A stretch of DNA of 64,000 nt from Camelus ferus (Eukaryota). The first letter of the stretch is position 1, and each line of letters starts with the position of its first letter. The translations under genes and the position numbers were made by a program. Where the stretch lies: assembly GCF_009834535.1 (NCBI RefSeq), contig NC_045712.1, positions 23,932,001 to 23,996,000 on the forward strand, given 5' to 3'. The notes beneath the pieces are model-generated. The model searched no databases, was not told where the DNA came from, and was given only the letters and a program-made list of their open reading frames with translations. Positions 36,330 to 54,099 of this stretch are shown here, piece by piece.

Positions 36330-38130
36330 CTACAGTCTTTCCCACTTTGAAAAGCACGGCAGGCTAGTGGCTCCAGATCATGGTCCCCTTTGGCTCTCTA
36401 AATGGCCTCCTCAGACTCAGTCAAAGGTCCTCATTCTTGTCACTGCCTCCTCCCTTGCCTGACGGCCGGGATCTTACCCGGGGCCTATCCCTACAGCAGC
36501 TCCAGTGGTTCTGCATGGCTATCATCCATCTCTGAATCTGCCTCCTCATCAGACTATGGCTCTCTGCTCACTGCTCTTTCTGACACAGTCAGAACAACCT
36601 GGCAACACCAAGTCCTCGGCAGGTGTCATCACTCACTTTTTAGGAGCTGTGAGAGCTGCTGCCTAGCTGGAAGGCCACACAATGGGGCAGCCTGCTTTCT
36701 TTACAGCAGTCATGGCCTTTTTTGCCGGCCCCCACTTGCTTGCTTCCCTTTCTCAAGGTGCAGCAGTCAGACCTTCTCCTCCTTGTCCCAACTTCTGGCC
36801 CCACCTCTCCCACTAGCTCCTCCACCTGTCTTTCTGGCCTCAGTTGTTTCTTTGGTGGCACTAGGTCACCCTGTGAGCATCTGAGCCTGCTCTTCATTCT
36901 CTGAAATCACATCTGCCAGATTTCTCTCCCTCTTCTCAGGAATGCTTCAGTGAGGAGTCACTTCTGTGTCCTGCCTCCACATCCTCCTTTCCCCTTCACT
37001 CCTCAACTCTTTGCAAAATGCTCCTGTCACATCAACTTGCCTGCCAAGTATGTCCAGTTCAGTAGGTGTTTGTTAAGCTCCTGTTCTACATCAAGTGCTG
37101 TGTCAGGCAGTGGGAAAATGAAGGTGACCAAACCAATCCCAAACTCATGGTGCTTGAGCCTATGAACACATTCAGAAATCAATAAGGAATATAGCAGTAC
37201 ACCAGAAATTAAACACAACGTTGTAAACTAACTATATTCCAATTAAAAAAAAAAAGAATGGCAAGAAAGAAATCAGAACCAAAGAAAGGAATATAATTAG
37301 AGTTTGGGAAAGTTCTATGAAGGAAACAGAATGAGAGGACACAGAGTAACTTGGGAGATAGAGCAGAAGGTATCTAGTTTAGATAGGTTAGCGTAGGGAG
37401 GTCTCTTCAAGAAGGTACACCATTCAAAGAGGTGGGAGAAGGTGGCCCAGGCAGAGGGGATAGTAAGTACAAAAGCACTGAAGCAGGAACAAGTGTTTGT
37501 GCCTGGCAGGAAAGAAGTCCGTGGGTTTGGAGAGAAGTGGATGATAAGGAGAGCATGGCCAAGGTTAGGGTGGGGAGGTAAAGAACGTATCCCCAGTGCA
37601 AGGGGAAGTCCTTGTAAGTGATAAAATGTGATTTGTATCTTTAAAAATGCCCTCAGGCACCACTGCTGTGTGGAAAATGAACTGTAGGGTAAGAGGTGGA
37701 GAGAGTAAGTTATGAGGAGGCAACGTTTACTCACTTTGGATGTCCAGATGCATAGCACATTTAATGCATCTAAAAAGAAACATCTGGATCACTGTCTCCT
37801 TGAAAACAAAGCAACAAGACCCCTGCCCCTCCTCCCCCAATCTTCCCCATTTCTGTAAACCGCACCGTCATTCACCTCCTTGTTCAAGCCAAAAACTTAG
37901 GGGCTACACTGGCCTTCTTCCTCACCCCCATCTTCTGCATCCCAAGCCCAGTCTATTCTCTTTCTTTATCCACTCCTATCCATCCCCACGCCCAACTCGG
38001 CTCTGGGCGCCATCACTCCTCATAGCTCTCTCTCCTCTCCTCTGCCCCCTACAGTTCATTCTCCCCGCAGTAGCCAGGGGTACTCTTTCAGAACACAAAT
38101 CTCCCATCACGCCCCGCCCCACTTAAATTC
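36330..38130. mobile_element. Cluster of old L2 fragments in both orientations, with a ~60-bp L1 3' end (~37197-37256) inserted
   Basis: L2-like pyrimidine-rich pieces (CTTGTTCAAGCCAAAAACTTAGGG, TCTCTGAAATCACATCTGCC); antisense L2 3' end TTCAGTAGGTGTTTGTTAAGC; short ACACCAGAAATTAAACACAACGTTGTAAACTAACTATATTCCAATT-poly(A). Confidence 0.6.
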
Positions 38131-38352
38131 CTCAAGGACTCCCTTCGCCTTCAGGACCTTTAATGAGACTTGGGACCCAAGTCTAGGAGGAATAGGAGAA
38201 GGGAAAAGGGCCGGTAAAACCTGAAGGAGCACCGCCTGCCCGTCTGGCTTGTGCCTTCCCGGGATTAGGAACCTTTCTTCAAGGCTCTGGGGGAAGCTTT
38301 TCCAGTAGTACCTTCCTGCCGCGACGACCCTACTTCCCGTGCTGCACCGCGG

Positions 38353-38402
38353 CCTTCCTCTTTCTCTTCCGGTCCCAGGCGATTCGGGATCTCCTGGCTC
38401 CG
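38353..38402 (+). promoter_or_regulatory. RPL29: RPL29 TSS region with 5'TOP tract and non-coding exon 1 inside a CpG island (~38300-38850)
   Basis: CCTTCCTCTTTCTCTTCC (38353-38370); ETS-like CTTCCGG; donor CG|GTGAGT at 38402/38403. Confidence 0.85.
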
Positions 38403-38828
38403 GTGAGTGCAAGCCGCGCGGCATCCGAAGCCATCCGTGACTCCCGGCCGGCGGCGGGGCCCAAGGCCTGAGGAGGACAGGGAGGCTGTGTGTGGCTGTG
38501 GGGAACGGAGGCCGCTAGGCAGGGGAGGTGTTCGTGGATTCTCATGGGGTAGATGGGAAGGGGAGAACCAGGATTTTGGGGGAGAGCGCAACCTTTTGGC
38601 TGGGGGGCGGTTGGTTTCGAGGCACCATTACCTGAGCTTGGGAGGGGGCGACTGGCATCGGGTCGTGCAGAGTGAATTGAGGCGGGTGGAGGCCGTGGAG
38701 GCAAGGCATCTGTGCTGCAGCCTCCTTCTGGCTTCTGGTCGCACGTTCTTCCAGCCAGGGCGGCAGCGGTAGGCCCAGCACAGCGAGCCCCCAGCCCTGA
38801 TCTGCGCTCTCGTCCTCCAGGTACAGGC

Positions 38829-40534
<1,706 letters not shown>

Positions 40535-41256
40535 AGGCTTTCATCTATTGATGTGAGGATGTAAGGACTAGTGTAACCCCTGGGCAGTTGTCTGCATGGG
40601 GCTCATGTCTACCTGTGCTGTTTGTACAAATAAACCTGAGGCAGGATCTGTCAGTCATCCTGTGTCTGTGATTCAAGAGTTGGAACTAGGGTTTAGGTGG
40701 GGTCGGTGTGTGTAGGAGAAAAGTTTAGCCTTCCCTTGATGGTAGCGTATTGGGGGAAGTCTGGGAAAATAGAGCCCTAGAGTGCAAGAAGTGGCTGGTA
40801 AATGAGGAGTGGTTGGGTGCCTTAGGGACACGGGCACGTGATTTGCTGGACTGGGCAGGGTGGTGAGGAAAGGGAGAAATCCCAACATCCTTGTCAGGTC
40901 TTGAAGCCTATGAAAAGACAGGGGAGGGACCCTGCGGAAGAATTCTGCACTCTGGCCTGAGGAGTTCTAGGTTCCTAGTGTGCCTGGCTAGCATCCACTG
41001 CTCTGGGTTTTATGGTCCCCCGAGTTCTTGGGACGAGTTGGTGTTAATTATGCTGGGGCAACAAGTGCCCCCCATGGTGTGTGGCCCTCATGTCTGAAGT
41101 AGGTGTTAACAGTTAAATCTTTGAACTCCTGCTCCATGAACATCCTTGCTGTTAAATACTTCAGAAGTGACCCTGTCCACATAGACTTTATTGTTGGGCA
41201 GGAGAGAAAAGGGGTCCTTGGCATTGGCCAAGGGTGGAGGTTAGGGAGTGTGGGGC

Positions 41257-45503
<4,247 letters not shown>

Positions 45504-47254
45504 GGCGCTGCCCTGCCACCGTGAGCTGGGGGCAAAGCGAATGACTACCTACCCCTCCGGGCCGCTGGGGCCGGTGGACTCCTGCACGCTGCCCCTTTCC
45601 GGGCGGGGGTTCCCCGGACGTCCCACAGGGAGAGCACACCATGTTTCGGAGCCCCCAGTTACAGAGCCCTCAATCTGTGTCAGGCGCTGTGCTGGCCTCT
45701 TTCAACACATTTCCGTATTTACTCCCCCAAAGAGCCTCATGAAGTTCGTGCCTCTGAATGCCCACATTACAGGGGAAAAAGCTAAGAGAGGTTCAGGGAC
45801 AGATAGGGAGTAGCTGAGCCAGGTTTGAACCCAGACACTGACTCCCCCGCCCTCCTAAAAAAATTTCTCCCAATTGCCCGGATTTCATGTCAAGGAGTCC
45901 CCGAATCCCTCTACCCGTCTCCAGGGCTCCCCACCTCGCTCTCTGCTGGTCTTGGGTCCGCGCTCGCCCCTCAGCGCCCGCCCTGAACTCTGGGCGAGAC
46001 TCAGGGTCTAGCGAGGTCTCAGGTTCAGAACCGCCCCGGTCCGCCCACCACGTGGCCGGATCCAGACTACTGGGCGGGACCGAAGACTGCGAGTAAGGGC
46101 CGTCCCAGTCCCTAAGGCCCAGTCGTCTTGGACCTCTACGCCCGCCCTAGGTTCCAGCCTCCGCCAGTTACCCAAGTCTCGAATTCAGGAGCACGCCCCG
46201 GGGAAGCTGCCTCCGCCGCCAGCTCCACCCCGCGGCCGACTGCGACTCCAGGCTGGCCCCGCCCCCGCAGGCCCTGTCCCGCCCAACAGGATACGCCCCC
46301 TCCAGGCCCCGCCCTTGGTCCTGGGCAGCAGGCGCCACCTCCTGCAACCTCCCGATTGGGCCAGAGAGGAGGAGGGCGGGCACTGACCCTAAGCATCGCA
46401 GCTGACTCCTTGGGCGCCCCCTCGCTCTCAGGGTACAGCCCTGAAAAGTCCTTCCGAAGCTGGCCCCTGCCTGCCCTCCAACCCCCTCTCGCGACTTTTC
46501 GACTTCTCCCTTCTTCACGCCTCAGCTCCTCAGGGAAGGCCTCCCTGACTCCTCGGCCTCCAGTGTGGAGAATTTATTGGTTAATATTTGTTCTTACATA
46601 CTGTGAGCTCCAGGAGGTTGGTCCATGTACCCGCAAGATTCTGTCCCTGGTAGGACACAGAGCAGACGCTCAGACAATGTGCCAGGAATGAAGGATAAAT
46701 GGACGGACAGGCGCATGTGTGCTCGCTCGTGTGATTGTGCTGCTGTGTGGGCAAATCTAACAGTGTGTATCAGTGGGTATGAATGCATGACAGTGTGAGA
46801 AATGGGGGTTGGATATGACAGAGGATGTCACGGTGAGAGGATGTCATCGTGACACTATATGGCAGAATGAAAGGCTTTTGTATACAAAAGCATACATATG
46901 GCACATTCTTAGCTGACCCTGTGCCAGGCTCCCTGGTTCTTCTGCGGCCACCAGAGAGGAAGGATAAAGAGGCACAGGTAGTTCCACTGGCCACCCACAG
47001 ACTGCACACAGTTGTAGCTGACCATTTGTGCGTCCGGCTGCCCTTTGTACTCTCAGTGGGTTCTGCCCTTTGCTCCTGGGGTTGAATCAGCTTGGGGAGG
47101 ATCAGGGTTGAAGACTTCGACCTCTGGGTACGGCGGAGGCAGGCTGGGAGGCTAGGGTAAGAGTCCCTTCCAAACCTCCTGGGGTTTAAGCCTTGGCTGC
47201 TGTCCCACACATTCCCAGAGGCAAGCAGACTTGCTGGTTCACCAACAATGCTAT

Positions 47255-47774
47255 TGTTGGGGCCCAGGGTAGGTTGCCCCAAACTTTGCCTCACTGGCAT
47301 ATTGATTATTTTGCATTAAAGTTACTTAAGAAATGTCCAATGCAAAGGGACATTCTGACCCTCTTTTCTGTCTCCTTGAAAGCAAGAAATAAATCTGTCA
47401 GGTGAAAGGTACGCTCCTGCATCTGGAGGTAGGACATCCTTATTGCCAGAAATAGAGAATTTAGGCCAAGAGGCCTGTATAAACAAACCTTGTTAACTTC
47501 TTTAATGTACTACCCCCAAGCCCAAACTCTGTCTAGATTCTTCATTAATTGAGCATCTAAAACATAATTTTCTTTGTTTTGTCAAGTCCTCACAAATATA
47601 TTCTTTGTCTGAAAAGTAAGAAAAGCTGCCTGCTTTGGCCACTTCTTAGGTCCAATGAGACCTCCATGGGCATGATTAAAAATCTGTCTCTTTTTCTCCT
47701 GTTAATCTGTTTGTGTCAATTTTACTGTTAGCCCAGCTGGCAAGAACTCAAGAAGAGTTTCCCTCTCCCCAGCA
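47255..47774 (+). mobile_element. Solo LTR (ERV1 class, MER34/MER39-like)
   Basis: TGTTGGGGCCCAGGGTAGGTTGCCCCAAA...TGGCATATTGATTATTTT start; TATAAA 47478; ATTAAA 47675; ends CCCCAGCA; flanks CTAT/CTAG fit a 4-bp TSD; family name from recall. Confidence 0.7.
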
Positions 47775-48405
47775 CTAGCACTGTTACTTGTTAAACCACA
47801 TTCCCCAGCCCCATCTCTAAACATCAGGTTCCCTTAGGCAGTAGGTCCTGCATTCCTGACTTTCAGTCAGCTCAGCTGCCAGACCCTGGATTTCCCACCA
47901 AACCCAGTGGTCATTTAGCAATACTAATGTCCCCATATCCCTGACCCCACCCCCCACACCCCAACACTGTGTGGCCAAGTGCTCTGCTTACCCAGATTCA
48001 CGCAATCCTAAAACCATTCTCTGAGCTAGGTGTTACCATCATGCCCATTTTACAGATGAGGAAACTGAGTCACAGAGTGGTGAGGGTAGCCAGCTATGAA
48101 GCAGCCCATGTCCTAAGCCTTCCCAGGCTCTGGAGCCCTCCCTCAATCTCCCAGCCTTGAAGCAATCCAGAGTTGTCTCCAACTCCCACCACAATTGCAG
48201 CAAAGCCAGGAAACAGGACCTGTCACTCCCCAGGCATGACAAAAATGTTTTTTTTTATTGTGTCTCTGAGATGAAATGAGAGGTCCTGACAGGGCCCAGT
48301 CCTCTGGCCTCTGCCCTCCAATCCCAGGGGCTGCCTCCCTGGTGGGGGACTGGTCTGACCCTTCAAACTCAGGCCAGGCCTAGGGGGCCTGGACAGTGGG
48401 TGAGC

Positions 48406-50816
48406 TCAAGGCAGGTGGTCAAGGAAGGCAAGGAGGGCGAGGTGGAAGTCTTGCGGCTTGTGAAGGTAGCAGGCATGGCCTGCGTCACGCAGCTTCACCA
48501 CTGAGTGGTTAGGCAGGTGGCGGAGCTGCCGCAGTGACTCTCGTGCCAGGATGCGGTCCAGCTCCCCATACAGGATGAGAGTTGGGGTCTGCAGAGCAAG
48601 GCAAGGGGCTGTGATCCTGGGGTCTGATGAGGACTGACCCTGAAGCCACCTCCTTAGGAAATCTTCCCCAAACACCCCATTTCTTCCATCCAGATCAGGA
48701 ATGGGGCCATGTGTCCTCCAGGTAAGACCTGAATCCTTTCCCCACCATGATTCGAGCCAGGGACAGGGAGCCAGGAGACCCTTTGGAAACCCTCCTCCCA
48801 GTACCTTCACAGCCCAGAATTGTTCCTGGGTGTAGTTCTGGGTGGAAGTGGGTGCAATGGGCACGAATCCCTGCAGCTGGTGGTGGCCTCTCATCAGGAA
48901 TGGCAGAGCATAGCGGCCACTCAGCGAAGGGCTCACCAACACGGCATTCTTCACCTCCAGGTCCTGCAGCACTCGCTCCAGCAGCTCTGCCCGCCCTGCC
49001 TCTGTGCCTGCCTCCTTTGAAGGTGCTGAGTTCCCAAAACCTGGGAACAGCAGAAGGCATCTGCTGAGGGGGGCTGGGAAGGAATTCAGGCCTTCTTGCC
49101 CACCACGGTAGGGAAAAGAGATGGGGGGCAGTGGCACATAGCACCTGCTACCCCAGACTTCCCAGAGCTATTTTTTTTTTGTAATGTGATAGGCCTGCTA
49201 GAAAAAACATCTTTCATTCATTATATTGGCAAAACTAAAAAGACTGATAACATGAAGTGTTAGGGAAGATGTGGGGAAATGTGCACAGTCATACATGACT
49301 AATTGGAGGATAATTCCATATAGCATTTTTTGGAGAGTAAGATAGATTATAAATATTTATTTTAAAGATAAAAATTTTTTAAAAATATGTCCTTTAACCC
49401 ATCAGTTGTCCTTGATGGCTACCCTACAGAAATTATTGCCCACATGCTCAGAGAAGCACATCCAAAGATGCTTTGACTTCCTTACTCAAGCATTTCAACT
49501 GACACTAAAAGCTAAATCAGCCACCAGGAAAGAAATGGCCAGATAAAACTGCTCTATCCCTCTGGTGGCTCACACTACAGCGAGGGAGGGTCAGACTACC
49601 TAGCATGATCCCTGAGACATGGTAAAGGAGGAGAGACCCAGGCTGCAGATAGACTGGCTAAGCAGGCAGGACCCCTGTCATGTTTATAGCCATCCACACA
49701 CACAATCCTGCATATAGTCTGTGTCTCTAGGTATGGAAACGCCCCAAGAGGGGCTGGCACCCCCAGACTCCTTAGAGAGGTAAGAGGGAGAGAAACATGG
49801 CATGGGCCTCTGAGGGCATCACTCCTGTTTGATTTTTTAATGACAAGAATAATAGCATGGGGGGAGGGTACAGCTCATTGGTAGAGTGCGTGCTTAGCAT
49901 GTACAAGGTCCTGGGTTCAATCCCCAGGCCCTCCGATAAAAATAAATAAATAAATAAACCTATTACCCCTGCCCAAAATTTAAAAAAAAAATAGCATAAA
50001 TCATTTGTATAGCTGAAAAACAAACAAAAAGCTGCCTAGTTTGTCATCGAAAAGTCCAGTGAGATCTCCCCAGGCAATCGCTTGTAAGGAGGGTCATGTT
50101 TCTAACCGCTCTGGGACATGCAACCAACCACACTGCTGTCTTCAAGATAGAAAATAAAAACACAGACCTTTTTGTGTTGCCACCTTGCCTTGCAATCTGC
50201 CACTGCCTGTCCAGATATTGGGGTCTAGATGCTCCCCAGTCACACCTTAGGGCTCTCCTACTCCTCCAGTTGTCCGCTCTAGGAAACTGCCCCCGTAGAC
50301 CCATGGGTAGGGGCTCTCACCTGGGAGGTCGAGGGCCACGGCCCGGTAGCCCCTCTGTGCCAGCAGCTGCAGCGTGCCCAGCTGCTCCCATGTGTAGGAG
50401 TTAAAGGCCTTTCCGTGGAGCAGTACCACATCCAACCTGTGGGTAGGCACACAGGGGAATGTGTGTTCTGGGGGTCTGGGAGTGGCCCACGGTTCTTTCA
50501 TCCTAGGCTTCTCCCACAGCCCGCCTTCCCAGGCCCTGAGCACCCTGAATTAAGCTGGGGGTTCCACAAAGGGACTCCCCTTGGGCCTAGTCCTGGCACT
50601 ATGCCCTGGGGTCAGCACCCACCTGCGGACCCGGTGGAATGGGATCACCTCGCGGTAAAAAATGGGGGCGTTGCCAGGGGTGAAACCAGCCAGGATCGTG
50701 ACATTGGGATCTCTCCAGAGCCAGGAGGTCTGGTCAGGGGGTCCTGGCAGTCCCATGTACAGTAGCAGCATGAGCAGCAGGCCCAGGCCCAGCAGGGCTA
50801 CCTGGGACCGGCTCAT
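48406..50816 (-). CDS. ABHD14A: Alpha/beta hydrolase domain protein 14A, 242 aa; coding exons 50816-50623, 50436-50321, 49040-48805, 48588-48406
   Basis: [27 protein letters not shown]; [11 protein letters not shown]; AVALDLPG|FGNS; LVSPSLSG; ILYGELD; [10 protein letters not shown]; 194+116+236+183=729 nt; GT-AG; AATAAA on the minus strand ~48254-48259. Confidence 0.97.
49190..49600 (+). mobile_element. Old L1 (L1ME-type) fragment in an ABHD14A intron
   Basis: CATTATATTGGCAAAACTAAAAAGACTGATAACATGAAGTGTTAGGGAAGATGTGGGGAAA resembles the old L1 ORF2 3' end; AT-rich. Confidence 0.55.
49859..49989 (+). mobile_element. tRNA-derived SINE (Vic-1-type) in an ABHD14A intron
   Basis: GGGGGGAGGGTACAGCTCATTGGTAGAGTGCGTGCTTAGCATGTACAAGGTCCTGGGTTCAATCCCCAGG; (TAAA)n tail; TSD AATAGCAT at 49851-49858 and 49990-49997. 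Confidence 0.95.
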
Positions 50817-52379
50817 GGAGGTCTGAACCAGTCTGTAGGAGGAGAGGAGAGGGAGAAGAGGGTAGGGCTGAGATCCACAAGGCCCCCTGAACTCTTCCTC
50901 AAACCCCACCCAGAAGTCCCCGGAGAGGAAAAGCTCAGCCCTTGCCCTTTCTCCTGCTCTGGGCAAGGGTCTGAGGGTTCACACCCACTACTCCACATGC
51001 CAGGGCAAGGGCTCAGATACCTCACAGCATGAGGAGCATCTGAGATGTCCCCCTAGCATCGGTGGCCACCATTATCCTTGTGCCAGCTGAAACCACTTCC
51101 ACTCATCAAGAGCTTCTGACAACCAGGCTCTGTCCTTGGCCCTTCACATGTAATTCCTCATGAATCCAATTAAGAATGCTGTGGAGCAGATATGACTATA
51201 GGTCTCCAACAAATGAGGAAATTGAAGCTCAGAGAGGTAAATTCTCATGCCCAACGTGCAGAGTAGCCAGTAGGGGAACTGGGACTTGAGCCCATGTCTG
51301 GCTTGCTAACCACCAGGCCACACTTGGTTTGCCAAGATGGAAACCTGAGCTGGGAGGTAATGGATGAACGGGAACCTTGCTAGTGGGATGGGAGTTGGGA
51401 GGGTTATTAAAGGTGAAAGACATTAAAAGGTAAAAGCATGTTTGGAAATGGTTCTTTTTATCACGCTGCATATAACAATGCTAAAATCAGAATGTGTTTT
51501 ATAATTGAAGGGAATATCTAATACTCTACCCCAGCTAATATTAAGTGGGAGGGCAGATTATGGAGAATATCCTTGATGGAGGAAGTGCCTAGGCACGAGG
51601 GGGTATGAGGCTAGGGAGGAGCATGGCCCACCTAGAAACAGAAAGGGCAGCATGGAGGCTGGAGAGACGAATGTATCCCACCCCCCAGCTTCACGGCAAA
51701 TGACCTGCTTCGTGGGCTCCTCCAGTCTGGATCCTTTGCCAGCCCAGAAGACAGACCTCAGGATCCAGGACCCAGGCAGAGCAGTTAGCCCTGCCTTTGA
51801 GATTCTGCTCTGTCAATTGCTGGCTATGTGCCTTCAGTTTGTCAATAAAACGGGGGTGACAACTTCATGGCTGCCTTCCCAAGCTTCCTGTGAGATTTCA
51901 ATAATACAGTGAACTTGATGGGGGCTGTTGGGTCATCATGTCTTGGGTCTAGGATGAGCGGGCCTGCCTTGTTCCCAGATTCCAGTAAACACGTCTTTAA
52001 TAAGTGCCAACTGGGAGCTGGGGAATCGCCTATGCCCTACCACCTCTCCCAGAAGCTTTGGGGATGTTTCCCAAGCCCCACCCCCAGGAGTCAGGGTTAG
52101 GTGGTGACTGCAGTGGCAGGCCAACTAGGGCTAATGGAAACCCAGCAGCTGGGTGGAGGAAGAGCGGGCTCCTCTCTTCTTTCTGACCGTGACCAGCCAG
52201 ACTCGCATGCAAGCCTCCAACTGGTGTCACCCTAGGTTCCCACCAGGCCAAGCATGCACGCTGAACCTCTCTTCGTGGTGGTCCTGGGGCACTGGGGCTT
52301 CTCTCCAGGAAAAGAGGGACGGGACTTGTTGCTATGGTAACCCAGGCAGCTGGCACACTAGACAATATACTCTACAGAT

Positions 52380-53020
52380 ATGGGGGGGAGGGGGGAGCTG
52401 TACCCGCGTTAGGTGCTTGGCAGCCACGTTGACAATGACACATAGGTGTACACACGTGCACACAATGAGTCTTGTCCCCAAACACTTCATTTGTACAATC
52501 AATTCCCTGCACGTACACGCAGCTTCCTTGCACACGCGCGGGCCTGTGTGCAATCGATACTTGGAAATACACACCCTCAAAAATCACACACAGTCAGATA
52601 CAGATAGACATACGCTTTCAAAATCATTTGCAGACCCTCATATTTCAAGCACAGTCATACACACAACCCTAAAACTACACATGCTCACAAGAAACACATG
52701 CACAGGCAGACAGATGGACCCCGCAAACACAGACCCTCAGAAATACATACACAGACTCTCAGGTAGAAACAGACCCTTAAAATCACACTCACAGAAATGC
52801 ACACAGTAGACATACACAGACACCAGCGGGCAGACAGACCCACACACTCTCCCAACGCAGGCACAGAGAAACACTAACACACAATACACTGACACACACG
52901 TACACCCAGACCCCCAAGAACACACGCCGACAAACGTTCGCGGGCGTGCACACACACGCACACAACACGCGCGCGCGCGCGCACACACACACATCACACG
53001 AACATACGCACACCCGCTGT
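52380..53020. repeat. CA-rich low-complexity tract ending in (CG)7 and (CA)n
   Basis: Dense CACA/ACAC units; CGCGCGCGCGCGCGC at 52968-52982. Confidence 0.85.
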
Positions 53021-53400
53021 CCAGGCGCGGCCCCTCCCGCAGGACTCTTCCCCAAGGCGCCAGGACATGGGGCGGGGTAAGGACAGCCCGCCCCGGGCAC
53101 CCTGCTGGCCTCACTCCCCTGGGACACTCACCCGGCCGACTGGGATGATCGACCGGCTCGGCCACTGCGGGGCGGGCTCAGCACAGGCGCAAACAGCCCC
53201 AGACAGCGCGGCGACCAGTGCGCTGCCTGCGCAGCTCTGCGAAAGGCTACCGGCACTAGGCGGCGGAGAGCGCGGCCACTGAGGCGCGCTTGCGCAGTCC
53301 GCAGTCGTAGGGTCCGCGCCTTGTAGACGCCTTGGAGAGGGGACTGGGGGTGGCGTCCCAACACAGCACACAGTCCTGGCCCCTCAGTCTAGATTTTCCA
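53000..53400 (-). promoter_or_regulatory. ABHD14A: ABHD14A promoter CpG island and exon 1 (donor at 53132)
   Basis: CpG-dense; minus-strand ATC ATC CCA GTC GGC CGG|GTGAGT resembles the human exon-1 end (LIPLGP); acceptor CTACAG|ACTGG at 50832. Confidence 0.8.
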
Positions 53401-54099
53401 GATTGCTTTCGGGGAAGAACCACACGGCTTCTTCCCACCAGGCTCCACCCATGCTCAGTTTCTGTTCTGGACAGTTGAGTTTAGGATAACGGTTATCTTA
53501 AGAGGACCATATAGGGTTGTCACCACCACGGAGAACTGTATTAAGGACTTGGGGGCCTGTCGAACCTTAGAACAGTGTCCGGCGCGGAGGTCTCGCTGCA
53601 TAACTGCCAGATATTAGTACCATTACGCAGCAGCCCCAGGTCTGAACCCAACCACTGCCCTGACTCCTACAAATACACAGGTGGCACGCGTTCGGTTAAA
53701 ACCCGGGGTGGCCTCTAGGCTCCTTCACGTCCCCATAGGTCACCTATCCTTGGCGACATATGACCAATATTTGGTCTTCCTCTGGCCTGTGCTGCGAGGC
53801 CCCGCACAGGGAGGCTGCAGGGAACCTACAGGACTCACTTCTTATTAGCGCTCTTTGAGGCAGGCAACATCACACCGATTCTACAGGCAAGGAAATTGGC
53901 TCGGAGGCGTTGGGAAAAAGATCAAGGCTGGACATTGGCAAAGCTTCTCACTCAAACCTGTCGGGCCTCAACTGCGTGCCAGGCTCACAACTCCCGGCCT
54001 GGACAGCCCAGGCTGAGATTGAGGGGGATAGGGAGAAAGGGTGCTGAGAGCAACAGGGATGAGACCACAAAGGAACCTTCTTTCTCAAGCCACACCATG

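Noticed and set aside
49859-49935. tRNA-Ala gene (also at ~2150-2228, ~4005-4080 and ~35925-35997)
   Set aside because: Each copy has an A-rich or simple-repeat tail and a TSD-like flank, and the acceptor stem is degraded; these are SINEs.
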